64,000 nucleotides of DNA from Squalus acanthias. Its lineage: Eukaryota. A program made the translations under genes and the position numbers. Shown here one piece after another: positions 48,719 to 62,500 of the stretch. Where the stretch lies: contig CM059443.1 of the NCBI GenBank assembly GCA_030390025.1, positions 66,588,001-66,652,000 on the forward strand, in the 5' to 3' direction. A model generated the notes under the pieces. That model did not search any database. It saw only the letters and a list, made by a program, of their open reading frames with translations, and was not told the DNA's origin. Within the stretch, counting starts at the first letter, position 1. Every line of letters begins with the position of its first letter.

Positions 48719-48921
48719 GGAAAAGGTCGTCTTCGCCGCTCAAATTACAGCAGCCCCGCCTCTCCAGTGGGAATGCGACTGCCATCCGTCGCAGACGTTC
48801 CCGAAGAAACGGCGAGTGCTGATGAGTCGACTGACATGGATCTGACTGAGCAGCAGCAGGTGGCCATGCAGCAGGAGGAGAGGGCACTAACTGAGCAAAT
48901 AGAGACCCTGCAAAAAGAAAA
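48719..48921 (+). CDS. myo9a: Myosin IXa exon GKGRLRRSNYSSPASP...QQEERALTEQIETLQKEK
   Basis: ttttatag| and AA|gtaaga; 203 nt, phase 0-2. Confidence 0.96.
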
Positions 48922-49789
48922 GTAAGAGGCTCGAAACATTTGGGGCATCGGACTGGTGCTAGGCCAGGCTGAGAGGCATGTGAGCTGTGGTTCCTGGCAG
49001 CTCACGCTATGGGCAGAGTTCAAGCAGCCAGACACGGTACAACAACTATGTATGCTCAAGATAAAACCAGGAAATAGTGCCTGGTTCAGTGATTTCAGCT
49101 TCAGTGCTTTCTTTGAATTTGTATTATTGAATCTTAAATACAGTGAGTCAGGTACGTTAATAAATACATGGCATTATGTGCAAGGGTATCGCTATTACGC
49201 ATAATCAAGTTATATTCCTGAGTGCAGGTACTAGAGCTTTTCCGCCGCCAGGAATGTTGGGTTATTGTATGGAACCTCCAAAAAAAACCCTTCCTCCCCA
49301 CTTCCATTCCTTTCAGCTAGGGTCCTTTCCTTGCCTGCAGTTATATCCTGTACTGAGGAGACACACTCTTCTAAATCAAGGCCACGGTCCTCAGTAGCAT
49401 ATAGCCAACCTCCCTACTTTGGGCTACTGAAGCTCCTTTATATTAATCGTATGATGCTAGCTCCCGAAGTGCATGTCACGTGCAATAAACCAACCACATT
49501 TGTTAAGTTCCGACTGTTGCCTTTCTGCTTGGCTCTGGTAAAAGTGCTGTTTCGAATGCGTGAGTCCCTTGTTATGACATCAGACAGATGCATGTAGCTC
49601 GCTGCAAGTGCCCTGATGTTATGGTGTTAGCACCTAGTGCATGCGTACAGGCTAAATGATCACAGCCAGTCTGCGTATGCACTGAGTGTTCTGATTACTG
49701 TTCTATGTGGAGACTGGCTGTACTGTTCAAGTATAAACACAGGAGAGTGATGCAGTTGGGTTGCTAGGCCACGACTCTTCAAGCACTGA

Positions 49790-50180
49790 AGGGATCTTAT
49801 TGAAACATATAAGATTCTGAAGGGGCTTGACAGGGTAGATGCAGAGAGGATGTTTCCCCTCATGGGGGAATCTAGAACTCGGGGGCATAATTTCAGAATA
49901 AGGGGGCACCCTTTTAAATTGGAAATGAGGAGGAATTTCTTCTCTGAGGGTCGTGAATCTTTGGAATTCTCTTCCCCAGAGAGCTGTGGAGGCTGGGTCA
50001 TTGAATATATTTAAGGTGGCGATAGACAGATTTTTGAATGATAAGGGAGTCGAGGGTTATGGGGAGCGGGCAGGGAAGTGGAGTTGAGGCCAAGATCAGA
50101 TCAGCCCTGATCTTATTGAATGTTCTGTGGTTCGAGGGGCCAAATGACCTCCTCCTGCTCCTACGTCTTATGTTCTTATG
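49790..50180 (+). mobile_element. CR1 LINE 3' fragment
   Basis: DLIETYKILKGLDRVDAERMFP; tail CTCCTGCTCCTA.GTCTTATGTTCTTATG; similar fragment at 43055-43272. Confidence 0.88.
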
Positions 50181-50333
50181 AAAAGTAGCTTTAATCTCCT
50201 GGCAGAATGAATTGACTAGTATTATTTGTTTATTATCATTTTCAAACATTTCTATTTCAGTGCATGGCTTCAATATTTGGGTAGGTGTCTCATTTAAAAA
50301 AAATTTTTTTTTTTAAATTGTACCTTACTTTAG

Positions 50334-50476
50334 GGAGGAGCTGACATTCGAAATGCTTGCTCTGGAGCCACGAGCCTCGGATGATGAAAATCTTGAGTCA
50401 GAAGCATCTATTGGAACAGCAGACAGCTTTGAAAACTTAAACATGGACTCTGAGGGAGCAGCATCAGAACGTTCCG
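50334..50476 (+). CDS. myo9a: Myosin IXa exon EELTFEMLALEPRASDDENLESEASIGTADS...
   Basis: ctttag| and G|gtaact; 143 nt, phase 2-1. Confidence 0.97.
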
Positions 50477-51156
50477 GTAACTGATCCAGTGACATTTCCT
50501 CAAAATCGTGCAACTTGTTAGCAGTATAATGCATAAAGATGTTTTCAGTATCTTATTGCATTTGGATGGTGGAGAGAATATTGCCGAATTTAACAGCAGG
50601 ACCTCATTTAAATTTTTGGATTCTGGGGGTGGGGGGTGGTGGGACGGGGTTGGTGTGGATAGATTATGGGCCGGAGAGATGGCCGGATAGATCGGGGTGG
50701 TGGCGGAGAGTTCAGTCAGGGGCCGGAGAGATGGGGGAGGGTGAGGGCCTTGGATAGATCACGGGGGAGTGGGAAACAGGTTAGCTTGAGGGGCAGTGCA
50801 GGAAAGGCACTTACTCTGTTCAAACCATTGGGGTTGGGATTTCTGTTTTTGAACTTTTTGCTGCCCCTCTCCGTCCATCCTGAGGATTGAGTTCCCCACA
50901 TTGTCGAGGATTGTACAGCAGGAATAATAGCAATTTGGATGAGGTACTAAAAAGTGCGTTGTACCCATCAATCGGTGCCCCAGCTAGAGTCAGTGTCTTC
51001 AGGGAGAAGATGGGAAAATACATTTACTGCTTCAGAATATTTAGAGATTAAATTGCGCAGTTGTTATAAGTAACAAAGCAGTAGCAGAATCAGTCCGACA
51101 GAGAACTGAACGAGTATTTGTTCGTACTAAAGTCTCCTTTTTTTGTTCATGGACAG

Positions 51157-51644
51157 AAAGAAGCTCAGTAATAAGCTCCATCAGCCAGCACCAATCTGAA
51201 GCAGTAAGCAGGCTGAGGAGGCCGCTGAGGAAGAAAACCGATTCTACAGAGTCGGCCGATTCAGCTATTCATTCTTCACCTACGATGCCACTATCGTCGT
51301 CTTGTTTACCTCAAGGAGGAAGGCGATTCCGTTTCCGCTCAAAATCACCCTCGCCGGCATTTTACCGCTCGCACAATGTCGCCAACAGCACCGAGCAAAG
51401 AGCAGATGGGGATGGAGCATACAGCCAGCCCAAAGGTCAAGAAGAGAGGCCGCAGTTTACGAGCAGAGGGACCTTCAACCCAGAAAAGGGCAAACAAAAA
51501 CTAAAGATGTTGAAGCGCTCAGCCCAGAAGCCCAAAGACACGACTGACGGGGCCTCAGGCACAGGGAAGAAGCGCAATGCTGAGCCTGACTTTGGTGCTC
51601 CCCAGCAGATGGTGGTATTTGGGAACAATGAGTTCATGGTGTGA
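51157..51644 (+). CDS. myo9a: Myosin IXa terminal coding exon ending ...RGTFNPEKGKQKLK...FGNNEFMV*
   Basis: ggacag|; phase 1; TGA at 51642-51644; the C-terminus identifies MYO9A rather than MYO9B. Confidence 0.97.
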
Positions 51645-54600
51645 GGCCAAGGATTTCGAAGGTTTCTATACTAATTGGGTAGAGGTCTTTCATCCATCCC
51701 TACACATCTCCTTCCTCCTGGTTGCTGCTATCTCAGTACACCACACGCAACACGTCCAATCCTCATAGATGGCATCACTGCCTCAAGGAATGACAAAGGG
51801 AAGCGATTTCTATCTATTTAAAAAAAAACAACCTGCCGGAAGGTTTGTACTGTGGCCTTAACCATTTAACCATTGAGAAAGCAAAATCTCTGCACTACCT
51901 GTTGGTGTGCCGAGAAGCATCTGGGCTGCAGATGCATTCGCTTAAACAGCTGCTGGTCGCTGTTCTCGAGGGTCGACAAGGGTATCTGCAGTCCAGAGGG
52001 TTGTGGCAGGGAGGCCGTACTTGAAGAAGCACTTGCTGTCCAGACAGTGATCCATCATCCAGAAAAGAGGGGACTGATGAATCTGCTCATTCCACAAGAC
52101 TGAAGGAATAAAGTGGATCTAAACTGTTATCCCACAGTCACACTCCATTGACACTTATAGACAAAGATCGTCGAGAGAGCTTATTTGAGAAATCGCAAAA
52201 GACTAGATGCTTACAATCAGACTCGACAGCACTTCTCACTAGCTTGGAGGCACTGCTGTCATACAAAGGATTTTTAAATGTTTCAGAAACAGCCAGTGGC
52301 CACTGGGAAATGTAAGCCAAAATGTCTGTGTACAAAAAAATGTATTAACCATGCGTCCTATATCTGACATTTTTACAGGGTTTCAGGAACCACTTTACCA
52401 GTCAAGTAATGCTGCTCCTACCTGGGTGTGTAGAATTTAGGAAGCCTGGAGAAAAGGGACCAACCTGACTAGTCACTGAGCTTGCAAATCCAACACCTGT
52501 CCGCGCAGCAGCGGATATGAGCAAAAGTGCAGTTACATTACACCTCATCGACTGCGATGCATGATGATAGCGTAGGTAAGCCAAAACCATATTTCGTCCG
52601 TTAAATTCAGCCCAGAGGAAAATCTTTTATTGAATTGTCAGTATTAAAAGCAAAGAGGACTTGAAGAATTTTTAGTCTGGTTTCTAAAGCTCGCTGTTAA
52701 GTCAAATGTTTTTGTTTTTAAACTTTTATTTGAACTTTTTTTTTCTAAAAATTTTATTTCCGTGATGGAAGATTGTAGCTTCCTGTCCAAAGGGAGTATA
52801 TGTGGAGTAGGTTAGGAATAAAACTGAATGTAACAATCACTGGAACGGGCATGCTGGGCTTCTCGTAACTTATAGTATGCTCATGACTGTATATTTCAAG
52901 AAATCTGTTTGTAAAGGATATATTATCCTGTGTCATATTCTATAATTACTCGTATAAACTGTTCAGTAAACACAGCCCAAAGTATGTGAGGTTTCTGTAC
53001 AGTTTCAACTCTGTATTTTTGACGTTAGCAGTTGGGGTGGCCATCTTATGTATAAAGTGCAATTTGTGTAATATTTCTTAAATATATCTGTGTATGGTTG
53101 TACAAACAAGTTTATGAACAAATAGCCCACAGCTTATTAAAGAACAAGAGCTGTAAAACTCACTTCCTGACTTTCTTCTTGTGCACAGAAGAGGAACCTG
53201 AAAGTACTATTGGTCAAATCTGTGGGGCCAAAAACAGTGAATGCAACGTAGCATTTAAAAAAAAAACGAAACCTTTAGACCCCACGCATGGGGACAGGTC
53301 GATAACGCTTGACTTCATGCCCTTTCTATGTGTGTATCTGTACGTGTGTATGTGTTAATTTTTCTTCATCCTAGAACTACTTTTGAACAACTGCAAGTTG
53401 ATGGAGATGCAAGCCCAGCTGACTCATACTACTCCCAACCAATGCCTTCTGATTCCGTCAGAAACAGTCAACAGTTACATCCTTAACTTTCCGTGCTTCA
53501 AGCCTTCTCTCTTCCAATCTACTCATTGCTCCACTGCAGCTAGGAAGTTGTAGTTTATCTTTGCCTGTCTCACTATGTCAGCTGGCATGCTTTGTGGGTT
53601 GGGAATGCTTTGAATTTCCCCATCTCGCCGAAATTCATTTCTCTCTCCCTGAGAGTGGTTTAGCCAGAGAAAATTGATTCTTAAAAGTAATAAAATTATT
53701 CCTTGGTACAGACGATTTTGTCAGTGAGATCAGGAGGGGATCAGAACCAGAAGAGTTCATCCAGGATAAGGTGCAAGAGGAGAGCAGATAAAGAGTTGGA
53801 GATAGAGGGATACATCCCTGTTTTGACGATCAGAAGTATTACTGCTGCCAGGCTAGTGGACATGTTTAGCTTGCTGTATTGAGCATGATAGTTCTGCAGT
53901 TCTCCTTGCTGGCTGTGATCTCCTCTGCCTCCCCGCCACACCCCCGCAGCCCAAAAAAATCTAAGCTGGAATCGACCAGCTTATTAAATATAGGCATTTA
54001 TTGATAAACTGTTGCACTGTTTGGGGTTGGTGGGTTATAGATGCTGTTACAGTAAGTCACTGCTTAATCCCTATCATGCACCCTTATTCAGTGACATGGA
54101 GTTGTAGGCCCAGTGGAATTTCAAGGAATTGCTCAGATACATGACAATTGCCACTTGTTGAGTCACAAGTTCTCCTGTTTGTAGTTTTCTTCCTCCAATT
54201 TGCTCTCCTGAAGGTGGTGGCACATGCTGGGGTACAGTTGCACGGGCGCTGGACGCCTCCAGTACGTCACCCAAGGGGCCATTTTTCATGTGCAAGCCCA
54301 GACCATGGGTGTTAGTAGGCTATTTGACAGTGGGCGGGCTTCACAGCTGAGCCTGATGCTGCCCTCACTCAACAACCAAACGCATGCACTTTCTTGCAAA
54401 GGTGACTGGATAGTGATAAAGAAGAGGGGCCCTTGCTAATTTTTCTCTTCTCTAGTCCAGGGGTGCTGTGTCCAATCGTTGCATCCCAACTACTATATCC
54501 AATGGTGGATCCGCTAACGAGTGTGAAGTACCCAACGTGCACTTGTGTTGCGCACGCGCACAATCTTTTGGCTTAATGTTTGGTTGAAAACTAAGAGCAA

Positions 54601-54982
54601 AACAGCATTTTTTTGGGAAGGAGTGGGTTGGGCAGTATTGAGTAACAGTGGAGAACGAGGAGGCAGTTGCAAGACTTATGAGAGTCCAGTGGGGAATAAC
54701 GTTACAAACCACAGGAGCACAAGACGTCTCCCTGAATCTTGAACTGCCTCCTTGTTTGTATTTGATGTGATAAGGACACAGAGTTGGGGAAATTTGTGCC
54801 CTTTCTGTATACACTATGCCAAATGGTATCAATGAAAGTGTAATACAAGAGTTTATAATGTAAGTAGATGGATTATGTCAACATCATGTGGCTGGTATAA
54901 AGGTATTACAGGGTTGGTTTTTGGAATACATTGCTGGGTTACTGTGTATCTTGTATGCTAATTTAATAATTTGCCATGATCT

Positions 54983-54988
54983 AATAAA
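54983..54988 (+). promoter_or_regulatory. Probable distal myo9a polyadenylation signal (3'UTR ~3.3 kb)
   Basis: AATAAA followed by U/GU-rich sequence, where the repeat-poor AT-rich region ends; proximal AATAAA also near 52108 and 52817. Confidence 0.5.
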
Positions 54989-56044
54989 GTACCTTCCTGT
55001 CTTTTTATGGAGTTGTATCCAATAATTTTTCTTTATATGCTTATTGAGAGAGCAATATTATGTCACTGTACACTTTAATTACCACGTCCAAAGCTTTCTT
55101 GATCTTAAATAACCTCTCGACCTCTTCTGAAGGTGCTTACTCCTTGATTCATACAGTTTCATTTGTGTTGGCTGAGCTCTTGTACTTCACCCAAGAGGCT
55201 ATTCTTGAATGTTTGACCCTCGACAGTGAGTTTGCAGGTTGTTTGACTGGCTGGTGTCAAAGCTGAACCACGATCCTATAGAATCATAGAATGATGCAGC
55301 ACATCAGATCATCATAACTCGTATAAAAAAAATTCTCCCCATCTCGCCTCTGGTTCTTTTGTCAATTACCTTAAATCTGAGTCCTCTGGTTACTGACACT
55401 TCTGCCACTGGAAACAGTTTCTACTTATTTACTCTATCAAAACCCTTCATGATTTTGAACACCTCTATTAAATCTCCCCTTAACCTGCTCTGCTTTAAGG
55501 AGAACAGCTTGGCGTCCACTCGCGCACTTTCCAGCAGGAGTCATTAGGTTGCAGTTAAGAGCAGAAACTCTTCCTGAATTTCCAAGCCCTTGCCTAGTCC
55601 AGGGCACGAAGGCCAAATGTAGCATGATCTACTGCTGCCCCAGCCGAGATTGGCTAACATGATGACACCACTCCACGTGCTGTGATATGAGTAAATTATA
55701 TGGTAGATAATTCAAAAAAGTGAAAGAGAGGGGAATGAGTGATTCACCTTGGTTATATTTGACAAAATGTAATCAGTCCTTGCTGTGCTTCCTGTTGTTT
55801 ACATTCTCCTCACTGAAGACTGATTGCTGCAGATTGAGTGCATTGGGAGATAGCAAGGCTGAGTGCAGCCACTTGACCCGATTCCCCCAACAAGTTCAGT
55901 TCAAACAGATTATTTAGCTCAATTTACGGTATGTCTGAGGGCCTTGGCTAACTGCCAAAAGCTGAACAATCATGTGGCCTTCTGTTTAATACCTTGTTTA
56001 CACAGGAAAAAAATCGAACATGTTTCCACTGTAAACACCAAAAA

Positions 56045-56415
56045 ATCTAGGCTGACACTCCCAGTGCAGTACTGAGGGAGTGCTGCACTGTCAGAGGCAC
56101 CATCTTTCAGATGAGATGTTAAACCAAGGCCCTGTCTGCCCTCTCAGGTGGACGGAAAAGATCCCATGGCACTATTTCAAAGAAGAGCAGGAGAGTTCTC
56201 AACTGTGTTTTGGCCAATATTTATCTCTCAACCAACACTGAATAACAGGTTATTTGGTCATTATCACATTGCTGTTTTGGGGATCTTGCTGTGTGCAAAT
56301 TGGCTGTCGTGTATCCTAGATTACAACAGTGACTACACTTCAAAAGTACTTCATTGGCTGTAAAGTGCTTTGGGACGTCCTGAGATCGTGAAAGGAACTA
56401 TATAACTGCAACTCT
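56045..56415 (+). mobile_element. Deu-domain SINE (SacSINE1-like), well preserved
   Basis: CCCAGTGCAGTACTGAGGGAGTGCTGCACTGTC...AAAAGATCCCATGGCACTATTT...AAAGTACTTCATTGGCTGTAAAG; L2-like tail. Confidence 0.8.
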
Positions 56416-58189
56416 TTCCAAACGAAAGGTGATTCCAAACACTTGATGTGAACTAAGACTGCATTTACATGACAGCTGGAGCGTTGGTGTGAAGCAATTT
56501 TCTGTCCCATCCGGAGTTCTGCTGTCTCATTGCCTCTGCCTACACTCACTCGCACATGTCCCCCCAATGTATTGATTTTAAACTCTTCATCTTCATAACC
56601 TGTCCCACCCTAACTCCACAACCTCCCCCAGCTTCATGTCCCCTATGCTCTCCTGCGCATTTTGGTTTTCTGACGCTGGCCTTTTGTGCATTATTCTCCC
56701 TTCACCTCACCATTGGTAGCAGAGACACCTTGGTTCCACTCTCCAGAACTCCCTCCCTAAACCTTTCCACCGCCACCCCCCGCCCCACTTCTTTCTTCTA
56801 TAAAGGCCTTCTTAAAATCCATCTTTTCAACCAAGCTTTCATTCTTCCATCATGGCTCAGCATCTATTTCCATTTTGCGATTTGCATTAAAGATGCAAGT
56901 TATTGTAACAATTCAGAAATCCCATGTGTTAAAAGTGGAATTTTAATAAAGTCACCATTAATGTACTGGTCCCGACTATGGGCCATAGTCTTTGCCTGAA
57001 CATCTCACCAATACAAATGATAAAATGGAAAGCCTTATTTTCAGAGTACATGCCGGCTGTGAGGAGTCTCGTTTGCCTCCAGCGTTTCTTGGAAACTGAT
57101 CCCCTAGATATTTTCTTCAGGACAACAGTAAAATACCACAACCATACAAACAGTGATGAAGCAATTTTGTTTTTAATGAAGCTGGGACTCTCAATTACCA
57201 CAGTTGCACGAGAGGGAAAGAAACAAAAAAATTTAACTAATGGATAACATGCAGACCAGAAGGTCCCAGGTTTGATTCTGATTTTTGTGCTGAGGTAGCT
57301 CATTGCAGCTAGCTGGGAATTCGGGCAGGGTTCCTGCTCCTGATCGGTAGCCAGTGTTCCCTGCTGGTAGATGCTCTCTTGTGGGCATTAACTGAAGATA
57401 GCACTAGGCTTGGCTGTGATGCTCCTATTATGGTTGAATAGTCTGCAGACAAACACTCGGCTTACACATGACAAAAGGCCACTGGGAGTGAGGTACTGGA
57501 AGCAGCCAGTGCCTGTGGAACCGCAACCAACTAAAGTCGCTGCCTTGGGGGAGCTGGAGAGAAAATAGGGAGAAGTGTTTTGAAGTAGAAGTGAGTGACA
57601 TAAAACAGGGATTTTGGATGATATAAAAACATTTGAATGTAAAGTACAGAAAGAGGATTATGTGGCTTTCATCAAGGACTTTGAAACAAGGTTCAATAGT
57701 AAACAAATCATCACTGCTAAAGCCTTTAACAGGGATGGCAATCCAGGAGGCCATTCACTCCCTGGCCTCTGAAAAATCTTCTGGCTGGTTTTGGGACTAG
57801 ATTGCATAAATCATTCTGTACTGACACCAAGAACACTGGTCACATGAGAAGATGATAAATTGGCAACATCTTGCTAATGTTAAACCTAGCACTAATCTCT
57901 GCTTTTAATTTTTTTTGTTCAGCTGTGTGTCATATGAACGCAGAAACCTATCTCTGTTTTTGTCTCCAAACTAAGCTCCTGAGAAATCCACACTGGTAAC
58001 ATTTCTGTTTTTTTTGACATGGAGCTCCCTGCCCATAGGGACACACCTCACTTACCGAAGAGAGCTTAGGTGCATGTTGGAAAGAGCCATGGCTTGGGCA
58101 CCACAAGCATGCACCAAGGTACTACTGGAGTTTAACCAGCTAAAACCACGCAACCTACTAGCATAGAGAACTGTTAAGCTTTGCTTTTA

Positions 58190-58600
58190 ATTTATTCGTT
58201 CATGGGATGTGGGTGTCGCTGGCAAGGCCAGCATTTATTGCCCATCCCTAATTGCCCTTGAGAAGGTGGTGGTGAGCCGCCGCCTTGAACCGCTGCAGCC
58301 CGTGTGGTGAGATTACTCTTGTTAGGGAGGGCATTCCAGAATTTTGGCCCAGCGATGATGAAGTAATGGCGATATAATTCCAAGTCAGGATGGTGTGTGA
58401 CTTGGAGGGGAACTTGGAGGTGATGGTGTTCCCATGTGCCTGCTGCTCTTGTCCTTCTAGGTGGTAAAGGTTGCGGGTTTGGGAGGTGCTGTCGAAGAAG
58501 CCTTGGTGAGTTGTTGCAGTGCATCTTGTAGATTTTGCTCACTGCAGCCATGTTGCACCAGAGGGAGTGAATGTTTAAGGTGGTGGACGGGGTGCCTGTC
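58190..58600 (-). mobile_element. CR1-like LINE 3' fragment (same family as 92-400)
   Basis: Near identity to 92-400; KIYKMHCNNSPRLLRQHLPNP. Confidence 0.85.
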
Positions 58601-58699
58601 TAACCATGACTGACGTATTTTCTGTGTGTGATGAAAGGAGCTGCGCAGTACAGCTTGCAGCGTGCCAGCCACATTAATGTTCTAGGTGTCCAAGTCCAA

Positions 58700-59160
58700 G
58701 GCTGTGTACCAGGCTTACACAGCTGCTTAATTCTGGCGCTCCTATGAGTAGCTTTGAAGAACAGATATGCCTATTGTTGGGCTAACTCTCCCTCCTGATG
58801 TCGGCCAGTAGCCGCTCAAGCTCCCTGCAATTGTTTCTTCCTCTTTGCCACAAATCAACCTCATAGCTTGGTCCTAGATTTTGCATGTAGTTGAAGCAAA
58901 CCCTTCTGTTGAACGCTGATGAGTTCTAAACCATGAAGGAGAGCTGTTTGCACAAATGTCATAAGTTTGACTTGTGTTGGGATTTTGCTGTCATCGAAGA
59001 AAGGCCAGAGTTGCATTTGCTCCTTCTCCACAAGGTTCTGAAGAAATGTGTCCAGACTAAAGTTGGCATCCACTGGGACTGCCAGGAAGCAATACAAATT
59101 GATAGATGCTTCTTATATCTTCCAAGCAATACCTTCAAGATTCCCTCTTGAAGGCACAGA
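58700..59160 (-). mobile_element. Ancient RTE-like LINE relic
   Basis: Minus frame YCFLAV..NFSLDT...KIPTQVKLMTFVQTALLHGLE resembles the RTE post-RT motif (TKLxVYxxxVxxxLLYGxE); upstream in-frame TAA. Confidence 0.45.
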
Positions 59161-60611
59161 ACCTTCTTTATATGCACTTTCAAATATTGGCTAAAACTGT
59201 TGATCAGACTAGAAGGCATTGTGTCACCAATAGGCTATTGGGTTTAACAAATCAATTCCTTTTTGTTATATTAACCCCACCGCCTCACTTTCTTACTATG
59301 TCCCTTAATCATTTCCCTCTTCAGAAACTCAACTAATTTTCCCAAGAATCCATTTTTACTGTCTGCTTAAGTGATCTTTCATCAATAGTTCCATTTAATT
59401 TAACAATCTTCCCTTCTTACTGCTAGATTTCTTTGTCTGCTGTGCAGTGAACAATTTGACAGATCAATTTTGCTGCTTTGGTTCGTAATGTCCAAACTTC
59501 AATTAGCTTACTTCAATGTCTCCTCGTTTCCCAAAGAAAATGAGGCCAATTCCTCATAATGTGAATACCTGGTAGCCAAAATCATCTTTTTACTTCTTCT
59601 CGAGGCCAATGATTTTTCTGTAATTCCGTCTCAATTTTCTTTGAATTATAAGTCACTACCGAGTCCCAGGCCTGCCTGCCTTGTATTTACAGAGCTTCTA
59701 AAAATATTAACCAGACCCTCAAATATTTCATGTTTCATTCCCTTCAGGATTCTAGGGCATATCTTGATGGTTCCCAAGAACATTGTAAATATTTAATTCT
59801 TTGACTTCCTTCAGAGAACAACTTTGAATGAACTTGGAATCAGACCACAGACTTTTCTCATGAGGAATTGATTTAATTACGCTCGCTCATTCTTTCTCAG
59901 GACCTTAAAACTGTAGAACTCCTTACCTTCTTTTAGTTTTCCAGCTATAATGGACAAGGTTTTAAAACTCAAGCTTGATGTCAAATTACACAACTTCTTG
60001 ATTTACCACATCTTCTGTTCTTTTCAACGTTGGCGGTGTCCTGGACTAAAGACTTTGGCCCTTCACATAGGTTATCAAATTTAAAAAAATAAAAAATTTC
60101 TATTCCCTGTTTTTCCCTATCTGCTTGTCGAAATAATCTCTTAAAAGGTCTGCATGTAGCAAAAAAGTTTTTTGATGCCTTTTGCTGCGATTCAACTCTT
60201 GCCCTTTGCAATACTCATGTTAGTTATTGTCACTGAGTTTCTCATGTCTCTGTCCTCAATCCTCTGCCATTCCCTGTGCCTATAAAATAGTTCTTGGCCT
60301 CACTAACCTGCAGTGGTTTTGCTATTTGCCTTGTAAGGATATGCATCCTTTCCACATTCCTTAAGCAATTTTTGTTTTTCTTGCACTGTTTTTTTTTCTA
60401 GAGTCACCTGTCACTCAATCCTCCCAGGAACCTTCCTCATAACTATATAGTTTGCTCCTCTTGAAATTCTTGTATACCACTATTTTTTTTGCATTGTTGG
60501 TTAATCAATATGTAAGCAGGCAATAGTTAAGTCTTCTCACGCTCCACAGTAACATTTCCATATTGAAGCAACACAGGTGAACAACAAGAACTTAGGTAAC
60601 CAGATTCCAGT

Positions 60612-60617
60612 TTTATT
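60612..60617 (-). promoter_or_regulatory. Candidate nr2e3 polyadenylation signal
   Basis: AATAAA on the minus strand about 320 nt after the nr2e3 stop. Confidence 0.4.
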
Positions 60618-60938
60618 CTTATATAGAAATATATTCAGTCTTCATACATTTAAAAATTATCAGGATTTGAAGCGTTAATTGTTTGGGAGAACTGACGGTG
60701 TAAAATGTTGGGGTAAAATGGCATAACAGTCAGTGCGATGTGTGAGGAGACAATAAATAGGCAGGGTGACATGTTGGGGAGACAGGGAAAGACATGGTGT
60801 GGTGTCTTAGTGGCGATTGCAGGGACAGAGGGCATAGCATTTTTGGGGAGATAGTAAGGGCACGCTAGGAATTACGACAACGAAACAGACAGAGAGAAGG
60901 GCGGGACAGAATGTGGTAGGGAATGCTGCTTGGGAGGT

Positions 60939-61071
60939 TCAGCTCTTAAACATGTCACAGAGAAGCTTTTCCATGGGAGTGTTGCCGATGGTTCTGTGGA
61001 AGAACAGCAGCTCAATTCGTTCTGAAGAGACAAAGCGGAGTGAGGGCAGGAGGAGAAGCAACTTCCCAAAT
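60939..61071 (-). CDS. nr2e3: Photoreceptor nuclear receptor NR2E3, last coding exon ([14 protein letters not shown]...[16 protein letters not shown])
   Basis: Minus acceptor tttttctcag|; 133 nt, phase 2; AF-2 helix EKLLCDMF typical of NR2E3. Confidence 0.95.
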
Positions 61072-61984
61072 CTGAGAAAAAGATGGACAAGAAGAAATTC
61101 AGACAACTGACCCCCTGAGCATAAAAGTTTTTGAAAATATAAATCAGCAGTAGAACTGCCAATCAACAAAGCAAATAGAAAGATAGAACTTGCATTTAAA
61201 TAGAGTCTTATCATATCTTAGAAACATCCGAAGCACTTGACATATAATGAATTACATTGTGCAGTTACTGTTGTTAGATGGGTGAATGTGGAAGGCATTT
61301 CACACTCAGCAAGGTCCTACAACCAGTAATGAGGTGAATAAACAGTTAGTCTCTTTTTGGTGGTATTGGTTGAGGTAGGAACTCCCTGCTTCTCTTCGAA
61401 AAGTGCCATGGCATCTTTAATGTCCACCTGAGCAGGTAGATAGACTCCCAGTTTAACATTTCATCTGAAGGAACCCGATACTCAAAATAGTGGAGTACAA
61501 GTCAGAGGGGTTTATGGTTAAACTATGCAATGCTTCGGTCAGACTACACCTTGAGTACTGAGTCCAGTTGGTTACAGAGACAGAAGGGATACATTTAAGC
61601 TCTGGAGGCCATTCAGAGAAGTGATATGAGGTTTATCCCCAGTATCAAATGATAGAACTATAAGGAAAGATTGGAGAAACTTGAGCTATTCAGCGCAATA
61701 GGAAGTGGCTGGGAGGGTACTTTATACAGGTATATAGGACAGTAAGCAGTATAGAAAAAGTAAATAGGGAGCACTACTTCAAACTAAACAATGACAGTAG
61801 GACAAGAGAATACAGGTTCAAACTGGCAAAAGGCTAATTTAGAACTGATGTTAGGAAGATCTTAACGCAAAGTGACTAACACATGGAATGGACTTTTGGG
61901 GTTGGGTGGGGTAGTGGAGGTAAAATTGTACATGACTGAGCTAGAATGGGCCCAGTGACCACCTTCATTCATATTGATCTTAGA

Positions 61985-62500
61985 ATCATAGAATCTTACA
62001 GCACAGAAGGGGGCGATTCGGCCCATTGTGCCAGTGTCTCTTTGAAAGAGCTATCCAATTAGTTCCTCTCCCCAGAGCCCTGCAAATTTTTCCTTTCAAG
62101 TATTTATCCAATTCCCTTTTGAAAGTTACTATAGAATCTGCTTCCGCTGCCCTTTCAGGCAGCGCATTCCAGATCACAACAACTCGCTGTGTAGAGAAAA
62201 AAAAAATTCTCATCACCCCTCTGGTTCTTATCTTAAATCTGTATCCTCTGGTTACCGACCCTCCCACCAGTGGAATCAGTTTCTCCTTATTTACTCTATT
62301 GAAACCCCATAACATTTGAAAACCTCTATTAAATCTCCCCTTAGCCTTCTCTGCTCTAAGGAGAACAACCCCAGTGTCTCCACATAACTGAAGTCCCTCA
62401 TCCCCGGTATAATTCTGGTAAATCTCCTCTGCATCCTCTTGAAGGTCTTAACATCCTTCCTAAAAGTGTGGTGCCCAGAATTGGTCACAATACTCCAGTT
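61985..62500 (-). mobile_element. CR1 LINE 3' fragment (adjacent older CR1 relic 61480-61980, +)
   Basis: MQRRFTRIIPGMRDFSY...LEQRRLRGDLIEVFK; WNALPE. Confidence 0.88.

Noticed and set aside
50292-50318. A/T hairpin upstream of the exon 50334 acceptor
   Set aside because: Adjacent poly-A and poly-T runs of low complexity.
50600-50780. G-rich segment with three GGCCGGA.AGAT copies
   Set aside because: Probably a decayed transposon fragment; ends and family could not be defined.
58861-59097. Protein-like minus ORF with a good acceptor, as a possible extra nr2e3 or novel gene exon
   Set aside because: Splicing from the nr2e3 penultimate exon gives an early stop. The peptide resembles RTE LINE post-RT motifs, and there is an in-frame TAA just upstream.
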